This document shows, piece after piece, positions 28,801 through 37,440 of a DNA stretch of 64,000 nucleotides. The notes beneath the pieces were generated by a model. The model did not search any database, was not told where the DNA came from, and saw only the letters and a list, made by a program, of their open reading frames with translations. Position 1 is the stretch's first letter; each line of letters starts with the position of its first letter. This DNA comes from Mobula hypostoma (taxonomy: Eukaryota): contig NC_086097.1 of NCBI RefSeq assembly GCF_963921235.1, forward strand, positions 176,330,001-176,394,000, read 5' to 3'. The position numbers and the translations under genes are program-made.

Positions 28801-31800
28801 TTTGTGAATTTAATAATATCAAGAAGCTTGATTGTATGTCATATGTCCCCAAGTCAAGAGATCATACCCCAGAGATGATCAAAAATCTTATACTAAATTA
28901 GTTGGGTTGCATGCTTTATGTGTTAATGAAAATGCCAGTAATCCTTTGCTATCATTCGTAATAGGCTTACTCCTGGCAGCTTTCGCGATGTACTGTGGGA
29001 ATGATAGAAAGAAAAAGCCTCCATTCATTCCCCCTGGTCAATATCAGCAGAGCCTCATTGTCTCCAATGAAGAAGGTGGTGGTCAGCAAGATATGGTGGG
29101 TTTCTCTCCAAGTCTGTGCATTGTACTAGACATCTTATAACCTTGGCTCATGATAGCAATCTTGTCTCTGAGCTAGAAAATCTTGGTTCAAGTCCACCGA
29201 AAGATTTTTTATGCTTTCGGTTTTCAAATGCTATTGATTGTACTTCCCAGTCAATTGCACTGTAATGTACCTCAGTACTTGTCTGAAATGGGAAATGGAT
29301 AATAAACTGTCACAGCAGCATTGTGTCAATCCACGCACAGACTTCACCCATTCAGGGTGAAGGGTGGAATTAGTTTGGCTCATAAGCTTGGGAATAAAAA
29401 AAATTGGTTATTCTCTGTTCATTTCTTCCCATCACTCTGTTCCCACGTCACCGAGTTGTAAGCAATACAACATGGATGCAGTCCTTCAGTCCCTGTGCTC
29501 AGCCATCCAGACCTAATTTGTTGCATTCAGCTCTTATCTCTCCACACTCCACCCCTCAATGTACCCAAGTGTTACTGTTGTACCTGCCTCAACCACTTCG
29601 CTGGCAGCCCCTTCCATATACTTACCATCTCCTGTGTGAAGTTTCCCTTCGGGTCCCTTTAAAACTTTCTCCTCTCACCTCAAATCTATGTTCCCTAGTT
29701 TTGGACTCCTCCTACCCTGGGATAAAGGCTGTTAACATTTATGTTTCTCAAAATTTAAAATATTTCTATAACATTTTCCACCTCCATTCTACAATGAGTT
29801 TGTACTGAAACTGGAGCAAAGAACGATGCTCCCTCCCCTGCACCTTTCTTCACCCAAATCATGGCTCCATTCCTCCTTTTGGTCTCCATCTCATTCTAAT
29901 CTGAACCAAGTCTTCCTTGAAGTAAAACTGTCCCTACCAAAACTGTCCAGGGCACCAGAGGCAACTACTGGCATCTGTTGTAAAGGAGGAGAGTTGACAT
30001 CAAAAACCATTGGAGGAAATGTCTTGGACTTGAAATACAGCTGTTTCTCATTCTGCAGATGTTGACTGATCTACTAAGTGTTTCTATTATTTTCTAGTTT
30101 TATTACTCATCATGTAGGCAAATGACAAGAATCACAGAGGAGCAATAGAGTCGGACATCACAAGGAAAGGCCTCTTAGCTCATCCATGTCCATGCTGACC
30201 AAGATGTATGTTCAGGCTAATCCCATTTCTCAGCCCTTGGCCCATCTCCCTCTAAATTCTTTCATTATCCCTATATCTGTACACATTTCTTAAATGCATC
30301 CTATATACCTGCCTCAACTACTTCGTCTGGCAGCTGGTTCCATATGTCTACTTCCCATTGTATAAAATGAAGTTACCCATCAGGTTCTTATTAAACCTTT
30401 CACTTCTCACATGAAAACTATGTCTTGGTTTTTGATTCTCCATTGCTGGAAAAAAGACCCCTCATCCCATCTGTGCCACTCATAATTTTGATATCTCTAT
30501 AAGTTCTCTCCTCGGTCTCCTATGTTCTAAGGAGCATTGATTAACTTAAGAAAGTAAATTAAATGATGAGAATCAAAAGGGGGATTATTAAATGTGGACA
30601 AGATGTTCTGAATAGCCTCCAATGTAGTAATACGTGGGTTGTTTCCATCCACCTGAAAGAGCTGTGGAACTTCCATTTGATAGTTCATTTGAGATGTGAG
30701 CTCTCCAGTATCCTTAGCATTGACGAACTGCAGATTAAATCTAAACTGAACTACAATTACACTGGCCCAACTTTTTAAATTTCCTTCTTAAAAATGTAAC
30801 AAACTTTTCATGCCGGAAAAGGTATAGAGTAAAATGTCCATTGAAAAGTCAGTCAAGTTTATTGTCATGTGCACATTCACACATATGCACAGCTGCAGTG
30901 AAATGCAGCATCATCACAAGCATAGAGCTTGAGATGAGCAGCATTCACAAGGCGAACAGACATTGAACACAATTAGAATAAAAAGAAAACAAAATCAATT
31001 TCTGGGATAGCCTTGTAGCCATAATGTTTTTAAACATGGACACAAAGGTACAATTTGTTTACTTGTGTTTTACAGAATCTTAAAGTATTGGAAATCCCCA
31101 GGAATGATAGTAAAAATATTGGATACGTTGACAGGATAAATGTGGAGTATGACCGAAACATGGGGAACAGCGACAGCGCAGATGTTGACATGTCACACGT
31201 CAGCCCTGGTTCACAGATAGTGATACAAAATATAACCAGCACTACAAATGAAATATTCTATGACCAGAATGGCGTGATGATTACGAACTCGGGAAGTTGT
31301 GTGGATGGTGGGACAGGAACTTTTGGACGAAGGAAGAGTCATGGCTTGATAGAGCTCCTTCGATCTCAAGTTGACCAGGTGAATGTTAATGTGTTAAATG
31401 TTGTGCTGAGAATCATAGAATCAGTCAGCACCGAAACAAGCCAACTGGTCCATTCTGATACACGTCTAATCTGGTCTCATTTTCCTGCATTGGACCATAT
31501 CCCTGTAAACTTTTCCTATCCATGTACTTGTCCAATAGCTTTTAAATGACATTAATGTACCTGCCTCAACCATTCACATGACATGTAAAACTTTGATGGA
31601 CTTCTATAATTGTGTATTGGAGAGTATATTGACTGGCTGCATTATAGCCTGGTATGGACACGCCAATGCCCTTGAATGGAAAATCCTAAAAAAAGTAGTG
31701 GACAAGACCCTGTCCACCATTGAGCACACTTGCAAGGATTGTTACAGGAAAGCAGCATCCATCATCGGGGACCTCCACCACCTAGGACATGCTCTCTTCT

Positions 31801-33545
31801 CACTGCTGCCATCAGGAAGAAGGTACAAGAGCCTCACATTCATTAGGTTCAGAAACAGTTACTACCCTTCAACCATCATTTTCTTGAACCAAAGTGGATA
31901 ACTTAACTCAACTTCACTTGCCCCATCATTGAAATGTTCTCACAATCAATCGACTCACTTTCAAGGAACTCTTGATCTCATGTTTTCAATATTTATTGCT
32001 GCTTTATTTATTTCTTTCCCTTTGTATTTGCACAGTTTGTTGTCTTTTGCACACTAGTTGAACAAAAGACAAATGGTCCTTCATCAGTTCTATTATGGTT
32101 GTTATCCTGTTATGGATATATTGAATATGCCCACAAGAAAATCAATCTCAGGGTTATATGGTGACATGTATGTAATTTGCTTTGAGCTTCTGGCAGCTCC
32201 AAACGTGGATGGAAAAAGTTGCTGCTTGGGTTTCTAATAAATCTCTCTTCTCTTAAACCTGTACCCTCTGGTTCTTTATTTCCCAACCCTGGGGGAAAAG
32301 GCTGCACAGCCACCCTATCTATAGCTCTCTTTATCTTGTACATCTCTTTAGGATCATCCCTTTATTTTCCCACACTCCAGTTGTGGGGGGGGGGCAGTGG
32401 AGGTGGAGAAAAAGTCCCAACAAACTCTACCTCCCTCATAGTCCCTTGAGTCCTGGCAACTTCCTCGCAGATCTCTGCACTCGTTCCAGCTTAATGTTAT
32501 CTTTCCGATAGCAATATTACCAACACTGAATACCATACTCCAAACACAACCTCAGCAACGTCTTGTACAATCGCAGCATAGTGTCCCAACTTCTAGACAC
32601 AAGGCCCTGACTTACAAAGGCCAGCAAGCCAAAAGCTGGCTTCATCACCTGGTCTGCCTGCAATGCCACTTTCAGGGAGTTTGTGACTGTTAAGGGAGAA
32701 ACTCCTGGATACCTCTGAAGAAACCTTGTCTCCCACCCCCCCCCCTTTATTTTGGTAAGACAAGGGGAATAGTTTGAAGTGATTTACAATAAATAATGTG
32801 ATACTGGGAAGGCAGTGGACATTTGGTCAATCTGGGTCTGTGCTGGCTCATTGAAATGTTAATCTAATCAAGGATATTAATGAAGTAGTACTCGAGCCTG
32901 CCCTACTATTTCTTAGCTGTGTCTGTGGCTTTTTCCTGCTCCCTGGCCTGACCCTCAATTTTCTGATTTCCTTAATGCCCACAGCCAGAGACTTCGGGAA
33001 GTAGGGCAGGGTACGTGCCCCCTGTGCATTTAGTGGTACTGAGTTGGAGATGGTTAACAACTTCCATGAGGAGGTAGATTGAAAGATCAAGAGGTCTTAT
33101 CAACTTTGACAGTGATGTTTGCATATTAATTTAGTTTATTTGAATTAATATCAAAACAACTGCAGGTACACAATTTGAAACGCAAACAGGAAATTCCACA
33201 GGTCAGGCTGTTTCTGTGTAGAGATAACTGTTAACGTTTCAGAACTGGAAAGTGAGAAAACAAGTTTGTTTTTAAGTAGCAGAAGGGGTTGGGAAAGGGA
33301 TGGGTGAATGTGTTCCTGTGTTTACAGAATTTTAACTGATGTTTAATTCCTGTTTCAAGGTGTATGAAGAGGAGCAGGAAGATATTGGGGTACCGTATGA
33401 TTATGTACCTGAATTTAGTCATGAAAGGGTCAATTCCATTCATGGGTCCATTGCCAGTGATGTGGTCGACGCCAGAGGACTGGAATACATGAACAGTTTG
33501 GGACCCAAGTATGGGCCCTTAAACAGCTTCTCAGTAAAGAAATAA
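1900..33545 (+). CDS. dsc: Desmocollin-like desmosomal cadherin, 14 coding exons in window, 5'-partial (~858 aa): join(1900..2102,4912..5034,7150..7308,8714..8846,11287..11459,12169..12303,13922..14107,17259..17506,22008..22150,26569..26799,27735..27959,28965..29095,31076..31378,33360..33545)
   Basis: Manual splicing gives all GT-AG introns with compatible phases and an open frame to TAA at 33543-33545. Mature N-terminus RW after RQKR; DRE/DxND cadherin Ca-binding motifs; TM segment; short tail without desmoglein RUD repeats. Exon sizes 135/186/143 match my recollection of mammalian DSC exons 8/9/11. The paralog number cannot be assigned. Confidence 0.9.
2119..3055 (+). mobile_element. Decayed CR1-type LINE 3' fragment
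   Basis: KFADxxKxG RT motif, LERxQRRFTKMIPGL, FSQRVVNLWN remnants with stops and frameshifts. Confidence 0.85.
3057..4035 (-). mobile_element. Decayed Rex1/Babar-like LINE 3' fragment
   Basis: Minus-strand remnants PLLxSxYTxDC, ESxxTGCxT.W, FSLLPxGR. Confidence 0.7.
4912..5034 (+). CDS. dsc: Desmocollin exon: end of prodomain, furin site and mature N-terminus (SVLQRQKRQAVPLRRQKR/RWRPRPFTITENDIGPFPKHIQF)
   Basis: ttctgtttcag acceptor, gtaagt donor at 5035; resembles DSC RRAKR/RWAPIP..EN..GPFP. Confidence 0.92.
7150..7308 (+). CDS. dsc: Desmocollin exon: EC1 (IRSEFEKDYPNIIYGLSGEGVERPPIGLLSIDPKTGEIKALRSVDREQYPVLK)
   Basis: ttttttcag acceptor, gtaagt donor; YxLSGxGVxxPPxG and VDRE motifs. Confidence 0.93.
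8714..8846 (+). CDS. dsc: Desmocollin exon: EC1/EC2 boundary (LNGYARNSPELYLDLTIKILDVNDNVPKFTQEVFQAEVPECSAN)
   Basis: pyrimidine tract + cag acceptor, gtaagg donor; DVNDN-P-F linker. Confidence 0.92.
9290..10700 (-). mobile_element. Internally deleted Rex1/Babar-like LINE between CR1 pieces
   Basis: KASGPDGVPGRALKxCAxQL, DTTIVG..EYR.E..LVEWC..N.L.LNVSKxKELIV, GGxVCLMINS remnants. Confidence 0.75.
11287..11459 (+). CDS. dsc: Desmocollin exon: EC2 (GTSVLNLTATDLDEPQTLNTMLKYNILSQ...TGEIKTYSDKLNRE)
   Basis: ttttag acceptor, gtaagt donor; ATDxDEP motif. Confidence 0.93.
12169..12303 (+). CDS. dsc: Desmocollin exon: EC2/EC3 (EHETYKLTVEVRDMDGASYGLRSTGTVVITVTDMNDHAPTFKKSE)
   Basis: cag acceptor, gtaagt donor; RDMDG and DMNDHAP motifs; 135 bp. 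Confidence 0.93.
13785..13830. repeat. (CG)n(TG)n microsatellite followed by (AC)n
   Basis: cgcgcgcg + about 15 TG units + acacacac read directly. Confidence 0.9.
13922..14107 (+). CDS. dsc: Desmocollin exon: EC3 (YTIEVKEGESNMMVLRMPIEDEDVQNT...TNDGLLYVAK)
   Basis: ctttcag acceptor, gtaagc donor; LRxPIEDxD and IIKGNE motifs; 186 bp. Confidence 0.93.
14640..15180 (+). mobile_element. Penelope-like element fragment (second family): GIY-YIG C-terminus and terminal repeat with degenerate hammerhead motif
   Basis: NWDTxDVLxQANTKQAREFLExWFS..SVSKHIEIDxIYEPLR; CTGAGGA-hairpin-GAAA at 15071-15100. Confidence 0.7.
17259..17506 (+). CDS. dsc: Desmocollin exon: EC3/EC4 (PLDKEATSSVQLEIEVENEA...DVDEGPEF...AMDPETKSSSGIR)
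   Basis: ttgtttag acceptor, gt donor at 17507; VxDxDEGPEF and DPETxSSSGIR are typical of DSC. Confidence 0.93.
17612..18643. mobile_element. PIF/Harbinger-like MITE
   Basis: ~36-bp TIRs GGCTACGTCCACACTACACCGGATAATTTTGAAAAC / GTTTTCAAAATTATCTGGCGTAGTGTAGACATAGCC; flanks TAA/TAC; CpG-rich. Confidence 0.8.
22008..22150 (+). CDS. dsc: Desmocollin exon: EC4 (YRELSDPADWVSINSKTGEIQTTAILDRESTYVKHNEYNVTVLAIED)
   Basis: ttcag acceptor, gtaagt donor; DPxxW and LDRES; 143 bp. Confidence 0.94.
24615..25085 (+). mobile_element. Rex1/Babar-like LINE 3' end
   Basis: YAVVCW...DANKLNKLIR..GSVIG...PLH.TL...RSFLPSAI; AATAAA then (TCTA)-type tail. Confidence 0.75.
25885..26417 (-). mobile_element. CR1 LINE 3' fragment
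   Basis: EYCEQFWxPYxRKDVLAxERVQRRFTRMIPGM on the minus strand. Confidence 0.8.
26569..26799 (+). CDS. dsc: Desmocollin exon: EC4/EA (SSRTGTGTVVINLIDINDNSPF...ICE...APFTFLLPD...KWMIFNEM)
   Basis: aag acceptor, gtatgg donor; TGT..DINDN..P motif; phases fit both neighbours. Confidence 0.9.
27735..27959 (+). CDS. dsc: Desmocollin exon: EA domain and start of TM (SFAYLKP...VPIIIQD...LRITVCECLNQMQC...LGGLGILTMFVAALLLL)
   Basis: ttctag acceptor, gtaagt donor; VCxC..C and hydrophobic LGxxGIL segment. Confidence 0.92.
28965..29095 (+). CDS. dsc: Desmocollin exon: end of TM and juxtamembrane region (LLLAAFAMYCGNDRKKKPPFIPPGQYQQSLIVSNEEGGGQQDM)
   Basis: tag acceptor, gtgggt donor; QQxLIVSN motif shared with DSCs. 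Confidence 0.88.
31076..31378 (+). CDS. dsc: Desmocollin exon: variable cytoplasmic segment (NLKVLEIPRND...GLIELLRSQVDQ)
   Basis: strong ttgtgttttacag acceptor, gtgaat donor, phase 0/0, open 101 codons; weak homology. Confidence 0.75.
31575..32180 (+). mobile_element. Rex1/Babar-like LINE 3' fragment
   Basis: FYNCVLESILTGCIIAWYG...HALFSLLPSGRRYKSL...RNSYYP. Confidence 0.75.
33360..33545 (+). CDS. dsc: Desmocollin last coding exon: divergent intracellular cadherin segment (VYEEEQEDIGVPYDYVPEFSHERVNSIHGSIAS...GLEYMNSLGPKYGPLNSFSVKK*)
   Basis: DYV..., GS, LE..N.LGPK motifs of the catenin-binding domain; stop at 33543-33545. Confidence 0.85.
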   Translation: MYEEEQEDIGVPYDYVPEFSHERVNSIHGSIASDVVDARGLEYMNSLGPKYGPLNSFSVKK

Positions 33546-33754
33546 TGGATATTTTAGATCTTTAGCCAACTCGAACCTCTTCATTTTTATAAACTCTTGC
33601 GAATGTTATTTGGGAAGTTTTGTGCAGGTGGATGCTTCTTTCAGAAGATTTACAAGCCTGGTTGCTGTCTCTCATTCCTTTGATACATTCACTGCAGTTG
33701 ATCAGTCTGTCAAATTTCATGACTACCTGTAGTATGTAACAAAAAAAAATCTGC

Positions 33755-33760
33755 AATAAA
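33755..33760 (+). promoter_or_regulatory. Candidate proximal polyadenylation signal AATAAA
   Basis: First AATAAA ~210 nt after the stop, followed by T-rich sequence. Confidence 0.45.
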
Positions 33761-34819
33761 GATGTATCCTTCAGTTTTATTCATAACCAGCAAAGGAGGA
33801 GGCATGGTACATTTTAATTTGAATTTATAATGTATATCTTAAATGTAAAGCTATTGTAAAATATCATTCTTATAGAAGGAATTTTATATTAGATGCAAGG
33901 AAATACTTATTTGGTTGGTTGTTTTTCTGTCTTGGAATGTTGGATGCTGAGGTGAGACCTCTTTAGGATGTACAAAATTTAGGGGCGTAGATAAAGTTAA
34001 TAGGAAGTCACTTTACTCTATTGTAGAGATGTCTAAAAGCAGAGAGTGTTGGTTTAATGACAAAGTTAGTCAGTGATGTAAGGAAGGGTATTTTTTCACC
34101 CAGAGGATGACTTGAAGCTGGAACACTGGTCTTGGATCACAGCACGGCCTGTTGGGCTGGTGGAGGCAGAGACTCTCACAGCATTTGAAGAGCATCTTGA
34201 ATCACCAGGTGGTAGAAGGCTACAGACTAGGAACAGGTAAATAGGATGTGTTGATAGGTGATCAATGGCTAGTATAGACATGTTCGGCCTGTTCTTGTGC
34301 TTTGAATCCAGTTATTAGAATCAAGATCCCGAGAGGCCTTGAGCTCCTCTTTCCCCACTGAGTAAGATCATACTGATTGGAGCCTTATGTCAATCTTCAC
34401 CTTGCTGTTTACTCCCCCAAAAAATCTGTTCATCTAAACCTTGAATATTCAACAACTGTATTTCCACAGATCTTCAGCTTCAAGCATTCTGTGGATCTAG
34501 CACCCTCAAAGAAATTCTTCTTATTATTGTCTTCATCTGAAGCTCTGGATCTGGTTCCAGTTTCATCACAGGGAGACATGCTTGTCAGCATTCATCCTGT
34601 TCAGTTCTTTTACAATCTCAAATGTTTCAAATGGATTTATCAATGTTTCAAAATGGCCAAGTGTCACTAAATTAACCTTCATTGTTGTTTACAGTATGGT
34701 GATGCTTTCAGTGGGTTGATCTGGTGACTGGATTCCAGGTTCTGTGAAGGGTGGGGGCTGAGCAATTCCTTCTGATTGCTTAAAAGCAAAATGTTGGAGG
34801 AATTCAGCAGGTCAGGCAG

Positions 34820-35006
34820 CATCTGTAGGAAGAGGTACAGTCGACGTTTCAGGCCGAGACCTTTCGTCAGGGTCCTGATGAAGGGTCTCGGCCTGAAACG
34901 TCGACTGCACCTCTTCCTACAGATGCTGCCTGGCCTGCTGTGTTCACCAGCAACTTTGATGTGTGTTGCTTGAATTTCCAGCATCTGCAGAATTCCTGTT
35001 GGTTTT
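34820..35006. mobile_element. Short fold-back Penelope terminal-repeat insertion inside an older PLE fragment
   Basis: Near-perfect palindrome centred at ~34872; 28-bp direct repeat at 34792-34819 and 35007-35034. Confidence 0.8.
34871..34907 (+). ncRNA. Minimal type I hammerhead ribozyme motif (PLE-type)
   Basis: GGUC-CUGAUGA-AGG gucucgg CCU-GAAAC-GUC^GACU: intact core, short helix I, palindromic ACGU helix III. Confidence 0.7.
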
Positions 35007-37440
35007 TGTTGGAGGAATTCAGCAGGTCAGGCAGAATCCTTAGCAGGAAATGAAGAGTTGATGTTTTGGGTCAACAGAAATGTTGACCATGCATTCGCTT
35101 CCTCCCCCCCCCCCCCCCCAATAGATTCTGACTTCCTCCGGCATTTTGGTTGTTGCTTCAGATTCCCGCACCTGTAGTCTCTGAGTCTCCTCACTGGCAT
35201 CTGTTGCTACTTACTTGGAACTCAGTGCTTTGCCATTGAATGGGAAATCTGTTTGATCCATTGATGTACCCCTGCCCTGCACTCACACTGAGCATTGAAA
35301 TGAGGGACCACTCCTATCTACAATGTAGCAGAGTTCAGGGGAAAGTTTATGATTGTCAATTGGTACTTAGTTTTTACACTTGAATGCACAACTTGTCTGT
35401 CACCTACCAATTCTCATTGTGGGTGCTGCAACCAAGCTTAATATTTCTTCCTAAGAAGGTTGGAATGAGTTGCTGTGCTGTGATCCAAGACCAGGATTAT
35501 TTGTATTAGTTTCAGGGGCTCTGGGAATGTTTTTTTTAAAATGCGAGCTCTGATAGCTAAGTTCCTAACAGAGGTGTAACTAAATCATTACACAAGCTTC
35601 TTGATTTTAAGATACCTTTTTTTAAAAAAAAAACTGTCCAAGGTTTATTTCTCCAGTATGGCTCATTCTGTATGACTTCAGTCCAGTGAAGTACCTGGTA
35701 ACCTTTTACCACATTAACAGTGTTGTATAAATGTAAGAGTTGAGATTAGAACAGTGTTGTAAATATGAGAACATACAGCAGTACAGTTCTACAAACATCC
35801 ATAGATCAGGGAGTAGTTTCATTAAATCACTTCAATAATTTAAAAACATAATTGCATACTTCATTGGTCTTAAAGTATTATCTGTTTTATTGGTCAAGAA
35901 ACTTAATACTCCAAAGAGTTAAATGTTATCTTCCCTTTTCAAAAAACAAAATGTATTTCACTATTAAATTTTGGTCGCAATGGTGCATTTCCAGATTCTA
36001 CCCAAGGCAGGCATTACAGCAGAGAACCAGGCAGGACTGGCAGTTATTGCCCTGAGCCATTCTTGCAGGCAGTTAAGGCATCCATCGCATTGCTGAGAGT
36101 CTGCAGTTGCATGGAGTCAGGGAGATTGTTCTTCTTGAAGGTTGGTGGCATAATAATTTTAAGGACAGAGGTCAATGATGCTGAGATGAGATTTCTGAAT
36201 TTATTGACATCTCAGCAGACGTTTGAACTTGTGCCACTGCTTAGGGATGTGGGCCCAAATGTGGGCAAATGGATCCAGTGCAGATGGAAGCAACAATCAA
36301 GCTGCCGGAGGTATTCATTGGATTGAGCAGCATCTATGAGACGAAAGGAACTGACAGCGAATTTTGGGTTGAAACCCTGCATCAGGACCCAATGTCAATG
36401 GTTCATTTCCCTCTACAGGTTCTGCTTTGCTCACTGTCATTTCAGCAGATTGTCTGTTACTTCAGAACTAGCATCTCCAGTCTCTTGTGTCTCTAATTTA
36501 GGTAGGAATCTTGCTTAGCGAAAGCCAATTGGGCCAAAGAGCCTGTTTCTTTACTGTATGACACTGCATTTTTAGCAGCAATTCCCTCACTATTGGTTCC
36601 CAACATTTCCCTTGGTTTTGTCCTTCAATATGTAATTTACCTGTACAGTGCTTAAAAAATAAGTTACCTAATGTAAGCACAGACAATGAGTGTAGTCTCT
36701 TGTGTTTCTGATTGTAACATTAAAAGTGTTTTTTTCACTCTGAGTTCTTGAAATACAATTGGGGCTTCCATGGTTTTCTTTGCTATAAATGCTAACAGAC
36801 AACTTTTAACTCGATATGAGAAACTTTTTTCTTAGACATAATGTGGTATGAATAATGTGATGAAGTGTACTATTTAAAGGATTCAAATGGCAATTGGAAA
36901 ATTTACAGGGCTACAGTGAACAATTTTGGGGGGGTGAATAGAATGAGTGGACTGCATTTCAGTGAGTTATGGACAATGGGCTGAATGGCCTCAAGATATT
37001 ACCAAATAATCTTTCTGCAAACTTTCTACGGGAGTTTTAGCTATTAAAGTGATTCGTGCCAATGCTATGTTGGTTCACAATGGTGCCATTCTTGATGTAA
37101 TAGATATTTTTCGTATTCTTGTAAAATAAAATTACTCTTGTACATAAAAAATTGGAACTCTTTGCAGCAGGCAATGTTTTTTTTAAACATTAATGTGTGT
37201 GTGAATTTATTGACCTTGAAGGTGGACAGAACTTTTGGGATTGACTGAACTATTGAAATTGAAGGAGCTATCATTTCACAAAGAGTGCATGTTAAACTCA
37301 TAATTCAGTGAGTTAATATTTAATAATTTGGAAGGGACTTCAATGCTATTTCTTCTGTTCATTAAAACAGAGAAAGTGGTGCCTAGAAAAGGAGGGGCAG
37401 ATGGAAAGGTGGTGAGAAGAGACTGCTATATGTTCTAGAC

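Noticed and set aside
31379..33310. A mammalian-type stop-containing mini-exon for the Dsc-b isoform
   Set aside because: I could not identify a convincing candidate by eye in this mostly repeat-derived intron. Absence is not proven.
1900..33545. Calling the gene a desmoglein or classical cadherin
   Set aside because: It has a long prodomain, an RW mature N-terminus and a short tail with no RUD repeats, and lacks HAV/DW. This fits a desmocollin.
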